A DNA stretch of 64,000 nucleotides from Octopus sinensis (taxonomy: Eukaryota). The stretch is taken from assembly GCF_006345805.1 (NCBI RefSeq), contig NC_043000.1:26474001-26538000 (forward strand), read 5' to 3'. A program made the translations under genes and the position numbers. Under the pieces are notes generated by a model. That model searched no databases, was not told where the DNA came from, and worked only from the letters and a program-made list of their open reading frames with translations. Positions 39,625 through 53,773 of this stretch are shown one piece after another. Each line of letters opens with the position of its first letter. Position 1 is the first letter of the stretch.

Positions 39625-39950
39625 GAGCACTCCGTCGGTTACGACGACGACAGTCCCAGCTGATACGATTAACGGAACAGCCTGCTCGTGAAATTAACGT
39701 GCAAGTGACTGAGCGATCCACAGACACGTGTACCCCTAACGTAGTTCTCAGGGAGATTCAGCGTGACACAGAGTGTGACAAGGCCGGTCTTTGAAATACA
39801 GGTGCAACTCATTTTTGTCAGCTGAGTGGACTGGAGCAACGTGAAATAAAATGCCTTGCTCAATGACACAACGCGTCGCCGGGAATCGAACTTATGACCT
39901 TACAATCGCGAGCCGAATGCCCTACCCACTAAACCACGCGCCTTCACTAG
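39625..39950 (-). mobile_element. SINE-D head + G tail
   Basis: gtgaaggcgcgtggtttagtgg..ctcagctgacaaaaatgagttgc|acctgtatttcaaag..gacggagtgc. Confidence 0.85.
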
Positions 39951-40489
39951 GGAAAATATACATCAGAATAAGACAAATTAGAAATAACAAAAATACTGAA
40001 CAAAAACAAACAAACCGGCAAAACTAATCAAAATGCTTGACAATTTGGTTTCGACTCTGAAATGTACCGGCGGCTATTTTATTTAATTTAATGCTGTCTA
40101 TACTCTTGAGAAAGGCATGAACATCACATATCCCGTTTATATGCATTCCATGCCATAAAAAGGTATAATTAGGCTTCTTGACAGCAAGAAACCTTACATG
40201 TACGTTTTGTATCCATCGTGTTAGATCCTGTGACAGAATCATAGCAAGTTACATCTGGAAATGGCGGATATATTAAAAGACACACACACAAACACTAAAG
40301 AAAAATAAACAAGAAAAAATGAAAATAAAATAAAGAAAACAAACAAATAAACGTAATATAGTAAAAACAGACAAAAAAGAAAAAAAGAAAAATGGAATAC
40401 GTTTATAACACAGTACGGATTCTGTTCCATGACAGGTGCCACACGTATAAGGTTGTGTTTGAATGACAATAATATATGATGTTAGTAGA

Positions 40490-41089
40490 GGAGGAGGAGG
40501 AGGTGGAGGAGGAAAGAGTGATTGTTAGAATAGAGGGTGGAGAGGGGAATAGGAGGGAAGGAGGAAGAGGAGAGAGATAGAAAGTGTGGAATAAGTTGCA
40601 GAGAGGAGGGGAGAAATAGGTGAAGGAGGAGGTAAAGATAATGAGAATAAGGATGATGAGAGTAAAATTAATATAAAGAAGAGAGAGAGGGAGAGAGGGA
40701 GAGATGGGAGAGAAGAAATAGAGAGATAAATAGTTAGAGAGTGGGAGAGAGGGAGAGAGGGAGGGTAGAGAATAGTCGAGTGATGAGTGATAAAGTGGGT
40801 TGGAAAAGGAGATAATGTAATGAGGGAATTAATATAAAGAGAGAGAGAGAGAGAGAGACAGAGAGAGACAAAGAAAGGTGGAGAGAGAGAGAGAAATGGA
40901 AAGAGAGGTAGAAAGAATGGAAGGAAGAGAGAGAGAGAGAGAGAGAGTTGTGTGTGTGGGGGGAGGGGAGAGATATGATGAGAGTGAATTAGGTAGCAGG
41001 GCAAGAAGATTATTTAATATAGCTTGGAGAAAAAACGAAGAGAAAGTAGGAGAGTAACAGTATGAATGAGATAGATAGATACATAGAAA

Positions 41090-41131
<42 letters not shown>

Positions 41132-41280
41132 GTGTGTGTCGGTGTGTATGTGTGAGATAGCAAGAAAAATGTAGATGGATAAAGAGAATGTGTATGCTAT
41201 GTGATAGTAATAGACAGAGAGTGAGAGAGGAAGAGGGGAGAAAGAAAGTAAGAAAGAATAAATGTGACATAAAACGAAGT
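40490..41280. repeat. Long purine-rich (GA/GGA) low-complexity tract
   Basis: About 800 bp strongly purine-biased; similar tract at 28170-28530. Confidence 0.8.
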
Positions 41281-41442
41281 GTAGAGGTAGTAAGAGTAGA
41301 CAGATACAGGTATGGCTAGCTAGCTAGTTTGGTAGCTAGCTAGTTAGATAGATAGCTAGATAGATAGCTAGATAGCTAGATAGATAGCTAGCTAGCTAGA
41401 TAGATATATAGATAGAGATAGAGAGAGCCAAATTGGTGGATG

Positions 41443-41495
<53 letters not shown>

Positions 41496-41513
41496 TTAGA
41501 TAGATAGATAGAT

Positions 41514-41617
41514 AAGTTTCTTTATTGGCCACACAGGGCTGCACACAGATGGGACAAGTTACAAGGTAGAGCTTTTCTTTTGGGGGATGAAAAAAACAAA
41601 AAACAAGAGAAAAAAAA
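41514..41617 (-). mobile_element. Orphan 3' end of the Tx1-type LINE within (TCCA)/(TCTA) repeats
   Basis: Reverse complement reads aaaagaaaagctctaccttgtaacttgtcccatctgtgtgcagccctgtgtggccaataaagaaac, then TCTA repeats. Confidence 0.9.
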
Positions 41618-41745
41618 TGGATGGATGGATGGATGGATGGATGGATGGATGGATAGATAGATAGATAGACAAACAGGCACACAGACAGATAGATAGATTG
41701 ATAAGATAGATAACTAAATAAATGGATGGATGGATGGATGGATGA

Positions 41746-41793
<48 letters not shown>

Positions 41794-42032
41794 TCAAATG
41801 GGTGGATGGATAGATTGATATGGTTAAGTATATGAGAATAGAAGACGGAGAGAAAAAGAAGTGTTCGAAGAAAGAGAGTAAGCAGGGAAACGTTCTATGA
41901 AGGAAAGATGAAGGAAGGAATGAAAGAACGTGAGAGAGAAGAAGGAATATTGTGGGAAGACTACGGCGAAGGAAAAGAGAGAATTAGTTTGATAAAGAAC
42001 GATAAACAGATAGATACAGAGAGAGATATATG

Positions 42033-42118
<86 letters not shown>

Positions 42119-42201
42119 CAAACAGACACACAGACAGATAGATAGATAGATTGATAAGATAGATAACTAAACGAATGGATGGATGGATGGATGGATGGAT
42201 G

Positions 42202-42255
<54 letters not shown>

Positions 42256-42618
42256 GTGAATGAGAGAGAGAGAGAATAGAGTGGAGCAGATGGGAAATAA
42301 ACAGGTAAGTGAAAGAAATAAGAGAAGGTAAAAAAAACTGGAGAACAAAACACATAGCTTGAGGATAATATTTAAGGAAAATAAATCCTCTATAGTTGAT
42401 AAAAATACACAGGAGTACTAAAGTTAAGTAACGGAAGCAAAATATATTTTCTAAAACCACATAAATAGTCTATATATACGATTTTTATAATTCTTCAAGT
42501 GGGACTCTGAAAACAAAGAACTTGCCTAAGCAGACGACAGTTATATTTTAGGCTTTTGCAAACAAATATAATGAAAAAAAAAAATAGTGAGTGTGTGTGT
42601 GTGTGTGCGTGTGTGTGC

Positions 42619-42671
<53 letters not shown>

Positions 42672-42914
42672 AGGAAGAGAAATCTGGAACTGGGAAAAGT
42701 ACACTTATGTCTCGAAATAGCTGATTTATAAGAATAGACGTAAAGAATACGATTGAGGTATTTAATGCTCACCTAACTACCTCCACTAAAACTGTACAAG
42801 AAAACGAGGATTACAAAAAAAAAAAATAAATAAATAAACAGCAAAATAGGATAAGAAAGGGAGAAATGGAATCTTGAAGGAAGAGCCTAACAGCAACATT
42901 TCATATACATATAC

Positions 42915-42969
<55 letters not shown>

Positions 42970-43220
42970 ATATATATATATTATATATATAGATATATAT
43001 TATATATATACATATATTATATATATATATATACACATATATATATATATATATATTATATATACATATATATAATATTATACACACACATATATATGTA
43101 TATATGTATACACACATATATGTGTGTGTATACACAACACACACCTATATATATAGGTATATACATATGTATATATACGCACGCATATATATGTATATAT
43201 ATTTACACACATGCATACAT

Positions 43221-43286
<66 letters not shown>

Positions 43287-43459
43287 ATACACACACACAC
43301 ACCACACAACCCAACAAGGAGATCAAAATAATCCCCAAAAGGACTCAATACATGTGTTCCAAGATAACTGTAACTTGAATAAGTTATGTTTAAAGATTTT
43401 TTTTCCGTTTACTCAGGAATTTTCCCTTTCGCTCATTCCAATACACAAAGTCCCTCTGC

Positions 43460-43830
43460 GTACTTGTTTCAGTTACCGAATTGCGGCCATGCTAGCGCAC
43501 TGCCTGGTAGGGTTTTAGACAAATGAATCGAAGCCGGTACTTATTCTTTAATTCTGATACCTGTTCTGCCTCACCGTTGAGTTACGGGGACGTAAACACA
43601 CCAACAACGGTTCTCAAGCGGTGGTCATGGGGTACAAACACAAACACAAAAACACAAATATACATATTCATGTTTGTACAACGAGTTTCCGCACAGTTTC
43701 CAACTTACCAAATTTATTCACAGGCATTGGTCGACCCGGGGATCTAGTAGAAGACTGTAGTTCAAGGTGAGATTGAACCCGAAATTACGTGGCCGCCAAG
43801 AGAGCTTCTTAACCACACACCCACCGTTGC
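43460..43830 (-). mobile_element. SINE-B, diverged
   Basis: Homologous to 49375-49775. Confidence 0.7.
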
Positions 43831-44170
43831 ATTTATATAAAATTTATAAGTTTTTATTTCGTTATAATTTTACTTTTACATATATTTTTATACTTAATTT
43901 GCAATTTTGTGATTATATTTTGATGGTTATGAAGACTCGCAAAGGAAAGAGCTACAGCAGCGCTCAGCTGGTACTCATTTTAGCCGAGTAGACGGAAGAA
44001 ACACGAAATGAAGTTCCTTGCCCCCAAAAAACAACACGTAGCCCGCCCCAGGGCTCGAAACCGTAACCTTGTGTGACCCCTTCACCCAAATATATATCAG
44101 AAGATTAGACGCTATTTATTGTCCTAAAAGTGACATAGTACATGTGTGAGGGAGTGCGTGCGTGTGTGTT

Positions 44171-44236
<66 letters not shown>

Positions 44237-44240
<4 letters not shown>

Positions 44241-44545
44241 GGTGCCTAGGCTTAGTGGTTAGGTTGTTGCACTCTCGATCACTAGATCGTAGGTTCGATG
44301 ACCGGACCGGACAGCGTAGGAGTGGTGGGCATTATGTTCTTAAGCAAAATACTTTATTTCATGTTACTCCAGTCCACTCACCTATGAATGGGTAACCCCC
44401 GTGACGGATTAGCCTTCCGATCAGGAGGGTATGTTGGCCTGCCTGCCTAACCAGCCTGGTCGCGTCATTCGAAAGCTGAAACAATGGGAAGTGCATTGTG
44501 ACCAGCGATGTATAACAACATCTGATAGTCTGGTCGATACTGTGA
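44237..44545 (+). mobile_element. SINE-D core + E-like segment + F tail
   Basis: gtgaagg..tttatttcatgttactccagtccactca..aatgggtaacccccgtgacgga..gcattgtgaccagcgatg. Confidence 0.75.
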
Positions 44546-44574
44546 TGTGTGTGTGTGTGTGTGTGTATGCTAGT

Positions 44575-44910
44575 CATTTAATCGAACACATCGACCCCAG
44601 GACTTATTCTTTGTAAGCCTAGTACTTATTCTATCGGTCTATTTTGCCGAACCGCTAAGTTACGGGGACATAAACACACCAGCATCGGTTGTCAAGCAAT
44701 GTTGGGGTAACAAACACAGACACACAAACATATATACACACATACATATATACATACATATACATATATACGATGGGCTTCTTTCAGTTTCCGTCTACCA
44801 AATCCACTCACAAGGCTTTGGTTGGCCCGAGGCTATAGTTGAAGACACTCGTCCAAGGTGCCACGCAGTGGGACTGAACCTGGAACTATGTAGTTCGTAA
44901 GCAAGCTACT
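44575..44910 (-). mobile_element. SINE-B
   Basis: Near-identical to 49420-49770. Confidence 0.85.
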
Positions 44911-45379
44911 TATATATATATATAGGACAATGAATACTATCTCATTTTTAAGGATATATTTGTGCGCACTGGACACACAAGTCTGTGTGTTGGAATCCAG
45001 GAGCAGGCTACGGGTATCTTCCTTGAGCAAGCAACTTAATAAACTTATCTGATTTATTCATAAAATTCCAGTACTCTTCCTGTTTCTTCGATCCAGAGGC
45101 CCGAACTAAAATCTCAGAAACCATCATTTCTCCTGGTACACGATCTTAGATATCATTTTACAAGTCTTTTGTAATTTTCCAAAACGTTACAAAGGAACAA
45201 CAAGAAAAAGCCCCAGATATTTATGGGAACGCAGGTACTTAATGTCGGTACCCCAGCATGGCCACAACCCCTAGCTGAGACCAGTAAAGGTAAAATCAAA
45301 AGTAGAAGTGAAAAAATTTTTCGTAGTTTCTTTAATTCTTGCTGACCAATGATAAAAAGAAAGAAAAGAAGACTGTTTG

Positions 45380-45423
<44 letters not shown>

Positions 45424-45449
45424 CATCAGATTTTTTTTTTCCTTTTCAG

Positions 45450-45741
45450 CATAAAACAAAATTAAATACACCCGTTCTCTCGTAAATGTTGCCGTCGTAA
45501 ACACTCTCATAAAAGAACCATCATAAAACCACTGGTCGGCCTGTCTGGCAATCAACCTGTAATAAGCAACGTTATCGTTCACTAAGCAAAGTCGGATGAG
45601 TTATGGAATATTTGATGGCTTGACCACATTAGGGTGGAACGGCAACAACAGCAGCAGCAGCAGCAGTCGTAACAGCATCAGTCGTAGCAGCATTAGCAGC
45701 AGCAGTAGCAGAAGCAGATTCGAACTGAGCAAGAGTGGTTG
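45450..45741 (+). other. Candidate exon with Ser-rich short ORF start
   Basis: Strong acceptor T10-ccttttcag| at 45449; ATG 45596 opens MSYGIFDGLTTLGWNGNNSSSSSSRN..; donor-like ttg|gtaacc at 45741 and caag|gtaacc at 45841. Confidence 0.25.
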
Positions 45742-45901
45742 GTAACCCAATACGTCTGTCTCACGGTAATATCCCTTCCACGAGAGATTTCTTACCAAGA
45801 AACAAGGCCCCGAGTGGCCATAGACTTTGTTCAGCGCCAAGGTAACCCTAATCGAACATATCTCTCCTTAACGTTGTTCCAGCCATGACTAACCCATCTT
45901 A

Positions 45902-46221
45902 TCTATATATATATAAAGCTGAAGTTATCTGTGTATGGCAGGTTTGGTAGCCTTCAACTAATACCATCTCCTCTGAGACCCAGAGAGTATGATAGAAGAA
46001 GGCTTGCTCTTCCTTCTGTAGAAGGAAAAAAAAATTCAAGTCGGACCATGTTAAGACCAAAAATTATTTACATCAAAAAGGTGCTTTTTTTCTATGAAAA
46101 TCCCTATTTTTACGATTTTTTGACTGCTGTTTCGCCAAAGAGAATAACAAGCTACATAATGCGAAATTTTCGCTTTTCAAAAATTCCAATTCTAAAGGGT
46201 CGAAACAAACCCGAGCAACGC
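45902..46221 (+). mobile_element. Helitron-like non-autonomous element, 3' end incomplete
   Basis: Starts a|TCtatatatatataaagctgaag, resembling non-autonomous Helitron 5' ends; ends near aaacccgagcaacgc without a clear CTRR terminus. Confidence 0.45.
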
Positions 46222-47137
46222 TTGGTTCATAGGAAAGGAGAAACGGAATTGAGTGGCCTTGATTTATTTGTTCGTTCAGACCAGGAACGGAAATATTGCG
46301 CTTTTCGACCAGGAACCGAAATATTGCACTTTTCAATCCAATCATTTTGAGGATTGTGTAATGAAGTCAGAAATGACTGGATTGATAAACAGAGGTCCCT
46401 GATCGATGACAAATCTATCATTGTTTCACATAAGCTATAAAAAAAGGACAAAAAAACGAAACGAGAAATGTATTCTCTGTCGTTCTCAACGAGAAATATT
46501 CTGGCATTTCAATCAATTGAACTACCTACTCATTGTAGTAACGTAATCCTCATACAGAGTTTCCATGATACACTCTAACAAGGCTGACCCCTGGCCATTC
46601 TAGTTACGTGTACAATCCATCCGAGGCGCCTCCGCACAGTTTCTGTCTAGCTAATTTCACTCACAACGCTTGGTCGAACCGAACTAATGGAAAAATACAC
46701 TTGTTCAAAATATTACGTAGTAAGATCGAACCCGGGACATTATGACACCAGGACGAAATCCTTAACAACCCAGCCACGCCCACGCTGATAGTGGTACTCG
46801 TAGGAGTTTACATCACAAGCATGTATTATTAAGAATGTTGATAACATAAAGGGCGGGTAATTTAAAACCTATACTGGGACTGTTATACAGGTCAGGAGGT
46901 TTCCAATCAGATCCATGCAGCCAAATGAATCGAAACAGAATAGCACCCGATTACTCGGCAGAAATTACCCATAATGCTTTTGGCTGCAGAAAGTATAACC
47001 GAGCATCGTCCCCGTGAGTCCTTGGAGTTTGCGAAATGTCTTATCTACTCCACACACACACACACACAAGCACACACACACACACACACACGCAAACACA
47101 CACACACATACTTATATATATATATATATATATATAT

Positions 47138-47541
47138 ATTTCTTTATTGCCCATAGGAGGTTAAGAAACATAGAGGGGACCAACAAAGACAAAGCAATTA
47201 AGGCGATTACATCGACCCTAGTGCGTATCTGGTACTTATTTAATCGACCTCGGAAGGATGAAAGGCAAAGTCGCCCTCGGCGGAATTTGAACTCAGAACG
47301 TAACAGCAGACGAAATACCTATTTCTTTACTACTCACAAGGGGCTAAACACAGAAAGAACAAACAAAGACAGACAAACGGATTAAGTCGATTGTATCGAC
47401 CCCAGTATGTAACTGGTACTTAATTTATCGATCCCGAAAGGATGAAAGGCAAAGTCAACCTCGGCGGAATTTGAACTCAGAACGTAGCGGCAGACGAATT
47501 ACTGCTAAGCATTTCGCCCAGCGTGCTAGCGTTTCTGCCAG
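47138..47541 (-). mobile_element. SINE-A dimer, both units with tail A, ending on (TA)n
   Basis: Junction at 47319/47318; terminal gggcaataaagaaa abuts (TA)n. Confidence 0.88.
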
Positions 47542-47875
47542 ACTATTGGATGTTGTTACACATCGCTGGTCAAAATGCACTTAGCATGGTTATAGCTTTC
47601 GAGTGATGACATCTCGCTGGCTGGAGGGTTACTCTGTCGCGGGGTTGTCCAGTTAGAGCCGAGAAGATGGAGCATTGAAGTATATTGCTGAAGAACACAT
47701 TACGTAGCGGGTCTGAAGATCGATCTCACGATCTAGTGATCGTGAGTGCAACATCCCTAACCCCTATGTCACGCAACTTCACACACACACACACGTATAC
47801 ACACACGTATACACACACACACACATACACACACACACACATATATAATATATATATATATATCTATATATATAT

Positions 47876-47938
<63 letters not shown>

Positions 47939-48909
47939 GGAGAGAGAGAGAGAGAGAGAATGAGAGAGAGAGTCAGACAGACAGAGGAATAAGGAACAAC
48001 TTTTCCTTAAAGCGTGTTATATTTTCTTATTAATCCATAATGTTTAATTAGAAACAACATTTCTAAGTCCATTAACACTGAAAAACATTCTCGGCCTTGT
48101 CTTTAGTTGATAACACTAGCGTCCTGTCCAAGAAGGTCCGTAGAAAATCCGTAGAAAATTAAAGAAGCTTTTACTCGAAGCAATTAAAAAGCAAAAATCA
48201 ATAAATTCATAGGAGCTTACATGAAAAAAAAAAAAACTGTAAAAGTAATCGTTAAATAATTTTGAGTCCGGCAGCGATATATTTTTTCCGCTATATCATC
48301 ATTATTCCCATGATCTCGTGCTGCCAACTGCAAAACGCAGTAGCAACTCGCCCATTAACATAATTTAATTCAAACAATGACGCCGCGAGGTTTTATGGAG
48401 TTTGGGATATTATTTTTTCAAACCAAACATATTAAAGGATTGACAAGAAATATGGAAAACATTAAATTTAAAGGATCAAACTGAAACACAGTCGTTTCCA
48501 TATTAAAAAACAAAAAAATGAAAGATAAAGAAACATACATACATTTGTATCATTTGTCTGTCTGTATGTATGATTGTACGTGTGCGTGAGCGTGTGCATG
48601 TATGTGACGCGCGCGCGCGCGCGCGTGTGTGTGTAAAGCTGTATTTAAATATTGGGTCTTTTCCCCGTCATTATCGCTCTCTGGACACTCGCGGGTCCGA
48701 GGACTCATAGGGCCGGTTATCCAATTTCCATGGCGTATATAAATGGCCGAGAGCACAACATTCCCCCTGGACAAAACAGCAGTCCGTCGCAGGTTTACTC
48801 ATTAGCAACTGAATCGATTGGAGCGTGATGTTGCGACCGTATAACTACCAAACCACTCGGCCAAGTACCTTTAGATAAGTCCGTTCGTTAACGATTTATA
48901 TAATTCTGA

Positions 48910-49085
48910 TTTCAAGTTTCGGCACAAGGCCAGCAGTTTCGGGGATGGAGTAAGTAGATCACATCGACCCCCGTGCTCAACTGGTACTTATTTTATCGAC
49001 CCCGAAAGGATGAAAGCCAAAGTTGACGTCGGCGGAACGTAATGGCAGACGAAATGCCGCTAAGCATTTTGCTCGCCACCCTAAC
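48910..49085 (-). mobile_element. SINE-A monomer
   Basis: Core and tail B. Confidence 0.8.
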
Positions 49086-49374
49086 GATTTATATCATATT
49101 AATATAAACCATTGCAGCTTGTTATAAAACAGTGCTCTAATGAACCGAGAAGGACTCATTAGAATGTGAATACTCAGAGTTTCAATTTTTCTGTGGAAAT
49201 AGGAAATGATAATTAAGAGTCATTATGAAGAGTATTAATCAGCTCTTAAATAATTATCTCTTAATCAGCTCTTAATAGTACATAGAGAAAAAAGGGCGCA
49301 ACCATCTTGTGGTTTCCATCTGCAGAACGTTGTACATTCAAGTAAATGGTTTCTTCTTTTCTTCTTTTTCTTTT

Positions 49375-49775
49375 AGTTGCTTCAGTCATTTGACTGCGGC
49401 CATGCTGGAGCACCGCCTTTAGTCGAGCAAATCGACCCCAGGACTTATTCTTTATAAGCCTAGTACTTATTCTGTCGGTCTGTTTTGCCGAACTGCTAAG
49501 TTACGGAGACATAAACACACCAGCATCGGTTGTCAAGCGATGTTGGGGGCACAAACAAAGACACACACACATATACACACACATACATATATACATACAT
49601 ATACATATATACGACGAGCTTCTTTCAGTTACCGTCTACCAAATCCACTCACAAGGCTTTGGTCGGCCCGAGGCTATACTAGAAGACACTTGCCTAAGGT
49701 GCCACGCAGTGGGACTGAACCTGGAACCATGTGGTTCGTAAGCAAGCTAGTTACCACACAGCCACTTCTACGCCT
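49375..49775 (-). mobile_element. SINE-B, full length
   Basis: Both halves and internal microsatellite. Confidence 0.88.
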
Positions 49776-49799
49776 ATTTAAAGAATTATTAAAACAATT

Positions 49800-50445
49800 C
49801 TTTTCTACTCTAGGCACAAAGCCCGGAATTTTTGGGGAGGGAGCCAGTCGATTAGATCGTCTCCAGTACACAACTGGTACTTAATTTATCGACCCCGAAA
49901 GGATAAAAGGCAAAGTCGACCTCGGCAGAATTTGAACCCAGAACGTAAACACAGACGAAATACCGATAAGCATTTCGCCCGGCGTGTTAACGATTCTGCC
50001 ATCTCGCCGCCTTAATAGTAATTGCTATTATTAAGGCGGCGAGCTGGTAGAGTATTCCGCACGCTGGATGGAATGCTTAGCAGCATTTCATTCGTCTTTA
50101 CGTTCTGAGTTCAAATTCCACCGAAGTCGAATTGGCCTTTAATCCTTTTGGGGTCAATAAAATAAGTACTAGTTGAGCAGTAAAGTTAACATGATCGGTT
50201 AGTCCCCTCCCACGAAATTTCAGGCCTGTTCCTATTGTAGAGAAAAATTATTGAAGCCATGAGCTGGCAGAGTCGTTAGCACGCTGGACAAAATACTCAG
50301 CAGCATTTCACCCATCCTTACGTTGTGAGTTCAAATTCCGCCGAGGTCGACTTTGCACTTCATCCTTTTGGGATCAATGAAATAAGTACCTGTTAGCCCC
50401 ACTTCCTCCAAAATTTCAGGCCTTGTGCCTTTAGTAGAAAGGATA
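49800..50445. mobile_element. SINE-A inverted (head-to-head) pair plus a third copy
   Basis: Minus copy 49800-50011, plus copy 50035-50250, plus copy ~50258-50445. Confidence 0.88.
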
Positions 50446-51207
50446 ATTATTATTGTCCATTACAATGTCTATTGCTCAAAGGAGGGCTCTGGCTGGCTAA
50501 ATCATTTACTCGATTTAAACCCCACAGCCTGGCCCAAAGGCCAGGCTATATTATTGCAATCATTTGGACCAGTTAACCAATATGACGATAAATTTCTCCC
50601 CACCCCAAGCTCAAAGATTCCTTTAGCATTTTCCTGTTCTTCCAGAGCAAGGAAGGTACTTTCCCTCCTCTGACTAAAACATATTCAAATTAAAGCAAAA
50701 AAAAGAAAAAAAAGCAAAAAAAGAAGAAACTTCCGCTGGTAGAAAAAACCCCGAAAAATAAAAATACCCGTTTGATCCGATACCAGTATATTATTGTTAC
50801 TTTTATCGATAATAGAAGGGAAAAATTATAAAGTAGGTCCGGCCGGATTTGAACTCAGTAATTCTCTAAGTACTGGCATTCCTGTGTTCTTTCTTTTTTT
50901 CCCCCCATTAATCCTCCCATTTTCTAAAATAGAAGTGAACATGATTGGTAACTGATGTCAGGACGTTGGTAGTTCCAGGATACGGGACATGGCAACTCCC
51001 TCCCACCATTGTAAGGTTTAACATACGAAGAAGAGGAAGAAGCTAAGTGAAACAAGAAAAAGTAGCGAATACACACACGCACACACACACATATATATAT
51101 TCACATACTTATATACATACATATACACGTAATACAGCAAAATGATAGAAATAAATTTTAAAAATACTTTCAAGAAACAAGAGAAATTTAGCAAATGGTA
51201 AATGTAA

Positions 51208-51261
<54 letters not shown>

Positions 51262-52036
51262 AAGGATAAATGAGACTTACCCAAAAATTTCACTGCAAAA
51301 TTTCCAGTAAGTGGACTATGGAAATTTGACAAAATGTATTTTTTTTTTTTAGATATCTTTCACTTTTACACTGTTCATGGAAATTTTAAAGTGTTTAAAA
51401 CATTTTTTTCTTCTCTTTTGAATAATTTTTAAAACTTTTTTAAAAAAAAATATTAAATAATTTTTTTTTCTTTTTTCATTTGATATTGAAATACTCCACA
51501 AAATAGAAGGACTTTTTGCTGTTTTTGACGATCATCTGATTCGAGAGGAGAAGCTGTAAAAGCGAGGACCGGTACCGACCAAACTCAATGTTGGAATACA
51601 ACGTATTTGTAGTTATAGATCAGCTAAACGGATAGTATCAGCAGTTTTCCCGACAGCTCTTGGTGGGCCGCAACAGCTTGTTCTGTTCTGAAGTGAAAGT
51701 AGACAGAAAAGAGAAAATGAAAGTCACACGTATACACATATATGATTTAGCACGCATATGCACATATAAAGATTCATACACACACACACCCACTCATACA
51801 TACATACATACATACATATATTCCGCTAGAACACTTGCGCGCACGTCTCTGCACATTCATAAGATATTTTCAACGAAATATGAATATGCATATGTGTGAC
51901 ATATGAGCGCAAATCCAGAAACGTAATTATGTATTTATAACCGTAATGAGACGTTTGTATCTGTAGCATTAATATGTTATAACATACTAGTATATCAGTA
52001 TAACCACAAACACACACATAAATTATATTAATTATT

Positions 52037-52076
<40 letters not shown>

Positions 52077-52284
52077 TAGATAGATAGATAGATATATTGG
52101 TAGGTAGATAGATGGACAAATTGATAGATAGATAGATAGATAGATAGATAGGAAATAATTATTAATCTAGTGAATATTTCGAAGTTAACGAACAATACTG
52201 ATTGCTAACCAAACATATCTTTTTGCTTTTTTTCTCTAGTCAACTTCACCATCCCTCGCATTCTGTTAAAATTCTAAATTGAAC

Positions 52285-52315
<31 letters not shown>

Positions 52316-52654
52316 TCAGTCCTACGTTGTTTTTCTTAATTCAAATTAAAAATAAATTATGCATGTGTACGCGTATGCGTCGTGTGTGTGTGTGTGCGCA
52401 TGTGCGTGGCGTGTGTGTGTGTGTGCTTGAAGTTTTAAAATATCGAACGAGAGAAAAATACTTATAAATCATTAAAAGTTATACATACGTGTGAGTGTAT
52501 GCATGTATATATGTATATGTATGTGTGTATGTATATATACATGTATGTGTGTACGTATGTATAAATGTATGTGTGTATGTATGTAAGTATGTACGTGTAT
52601 GTATGTAAGTATGTACGTATATATATATATATATGTGTGTGGTGTGTGTGTGTG

Positions 52655-52688
<34 letters not shown>

Positions 52689-53108
52689 TGTATGTGAACC
52701 CTAATTATATAGTATTACTTAAACTTACCATAAAATGGTATTTTTTCATGCCGAATTCTACTTGGTGAAATTACTAATTACTTCTTAATTAATTAATTTC
52801 ACCCTTTGTTATTACTGATTTATGTATGTATGTATGTATGTATGTATATAGGTGTTTGTGTGTGTGTGTTTAATATTTTAGTTGTAGAATTTGTAGAGAG
52901 CCTTTCCTGAAGAAGCAAACGAGTTCACATCTTACTATGAGAAATATTTAGTGTTTTTACCGTTTCCTTTGATCCTGCTACACAGTTTTTATCCCGGGGC
53001 CAAGCTTCAATCTCCTCCGTAATTTTTTTTTAACGTGCAACAAGTCGCAGCATTGTATTTAGTGGCGTTATTGCACCACTACTCATAGAAATAATGATGA
53101 TATTCCGT

Positions 53109-53159
53109 CCACCAGAGGGCGTATACAATTGAAATATCTGTCCTAACCACTAGGGGGCG
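53109..53159 (+). promoter_or_regulatory. Two tandem CTCF-like motifs
   Basis: CCACCAGAGGGCG 53109-53121 and CCACTAGGGGGCG 53147-53159. Confidence 0.55.
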
Positions 53160-53719
53160 TATACGGTTTAACTTTGACAAATGTATCTGCTAATATTCAT
53201 CTCATGGAGTCAACAACTAACTACTAAATAAAAAAAAAAATCAAAGCTAAAACACATTTTAAAGGATAAATCTAAGGGAAAAGGTAGGACTGGTGGCGTT
53301 GGAGGTGATTTTTCACAAATACCACCTTTAGCGATTTGACGAATGACGAATCAATAGAAGGAGGCCTTGGTGTGGTCATGCGATCGATTTGCTAGAAATA
53401 GCAGTTAAATCTTCCTCAACTCACACCATACTGTCCCATGGAAAGAAACATGTTGGATAAGGTGATCCTGCGTTTTTGTATATAGCTAAAAGACGGTAAG
53501 GTCACGGCTGGAATGACTTTGATAGTAGGTCCTACACGATCGAGGCCGATCATGGACTATACAACAGCCACAACGACATCAACATTATTGGACGTATGAC
53601 GGCCCAGTGATGGGAGTCTCAATGTGGTTACGCCGTTAGCTAGCAATAGCAGCTAAACCTCCACTAAAATCATACCATACTGTTTTAAATTCAAGAGGAG
53701 TGAACCATGGTTATTGGTG

Positions 53720-53773
<54 letters not shown>

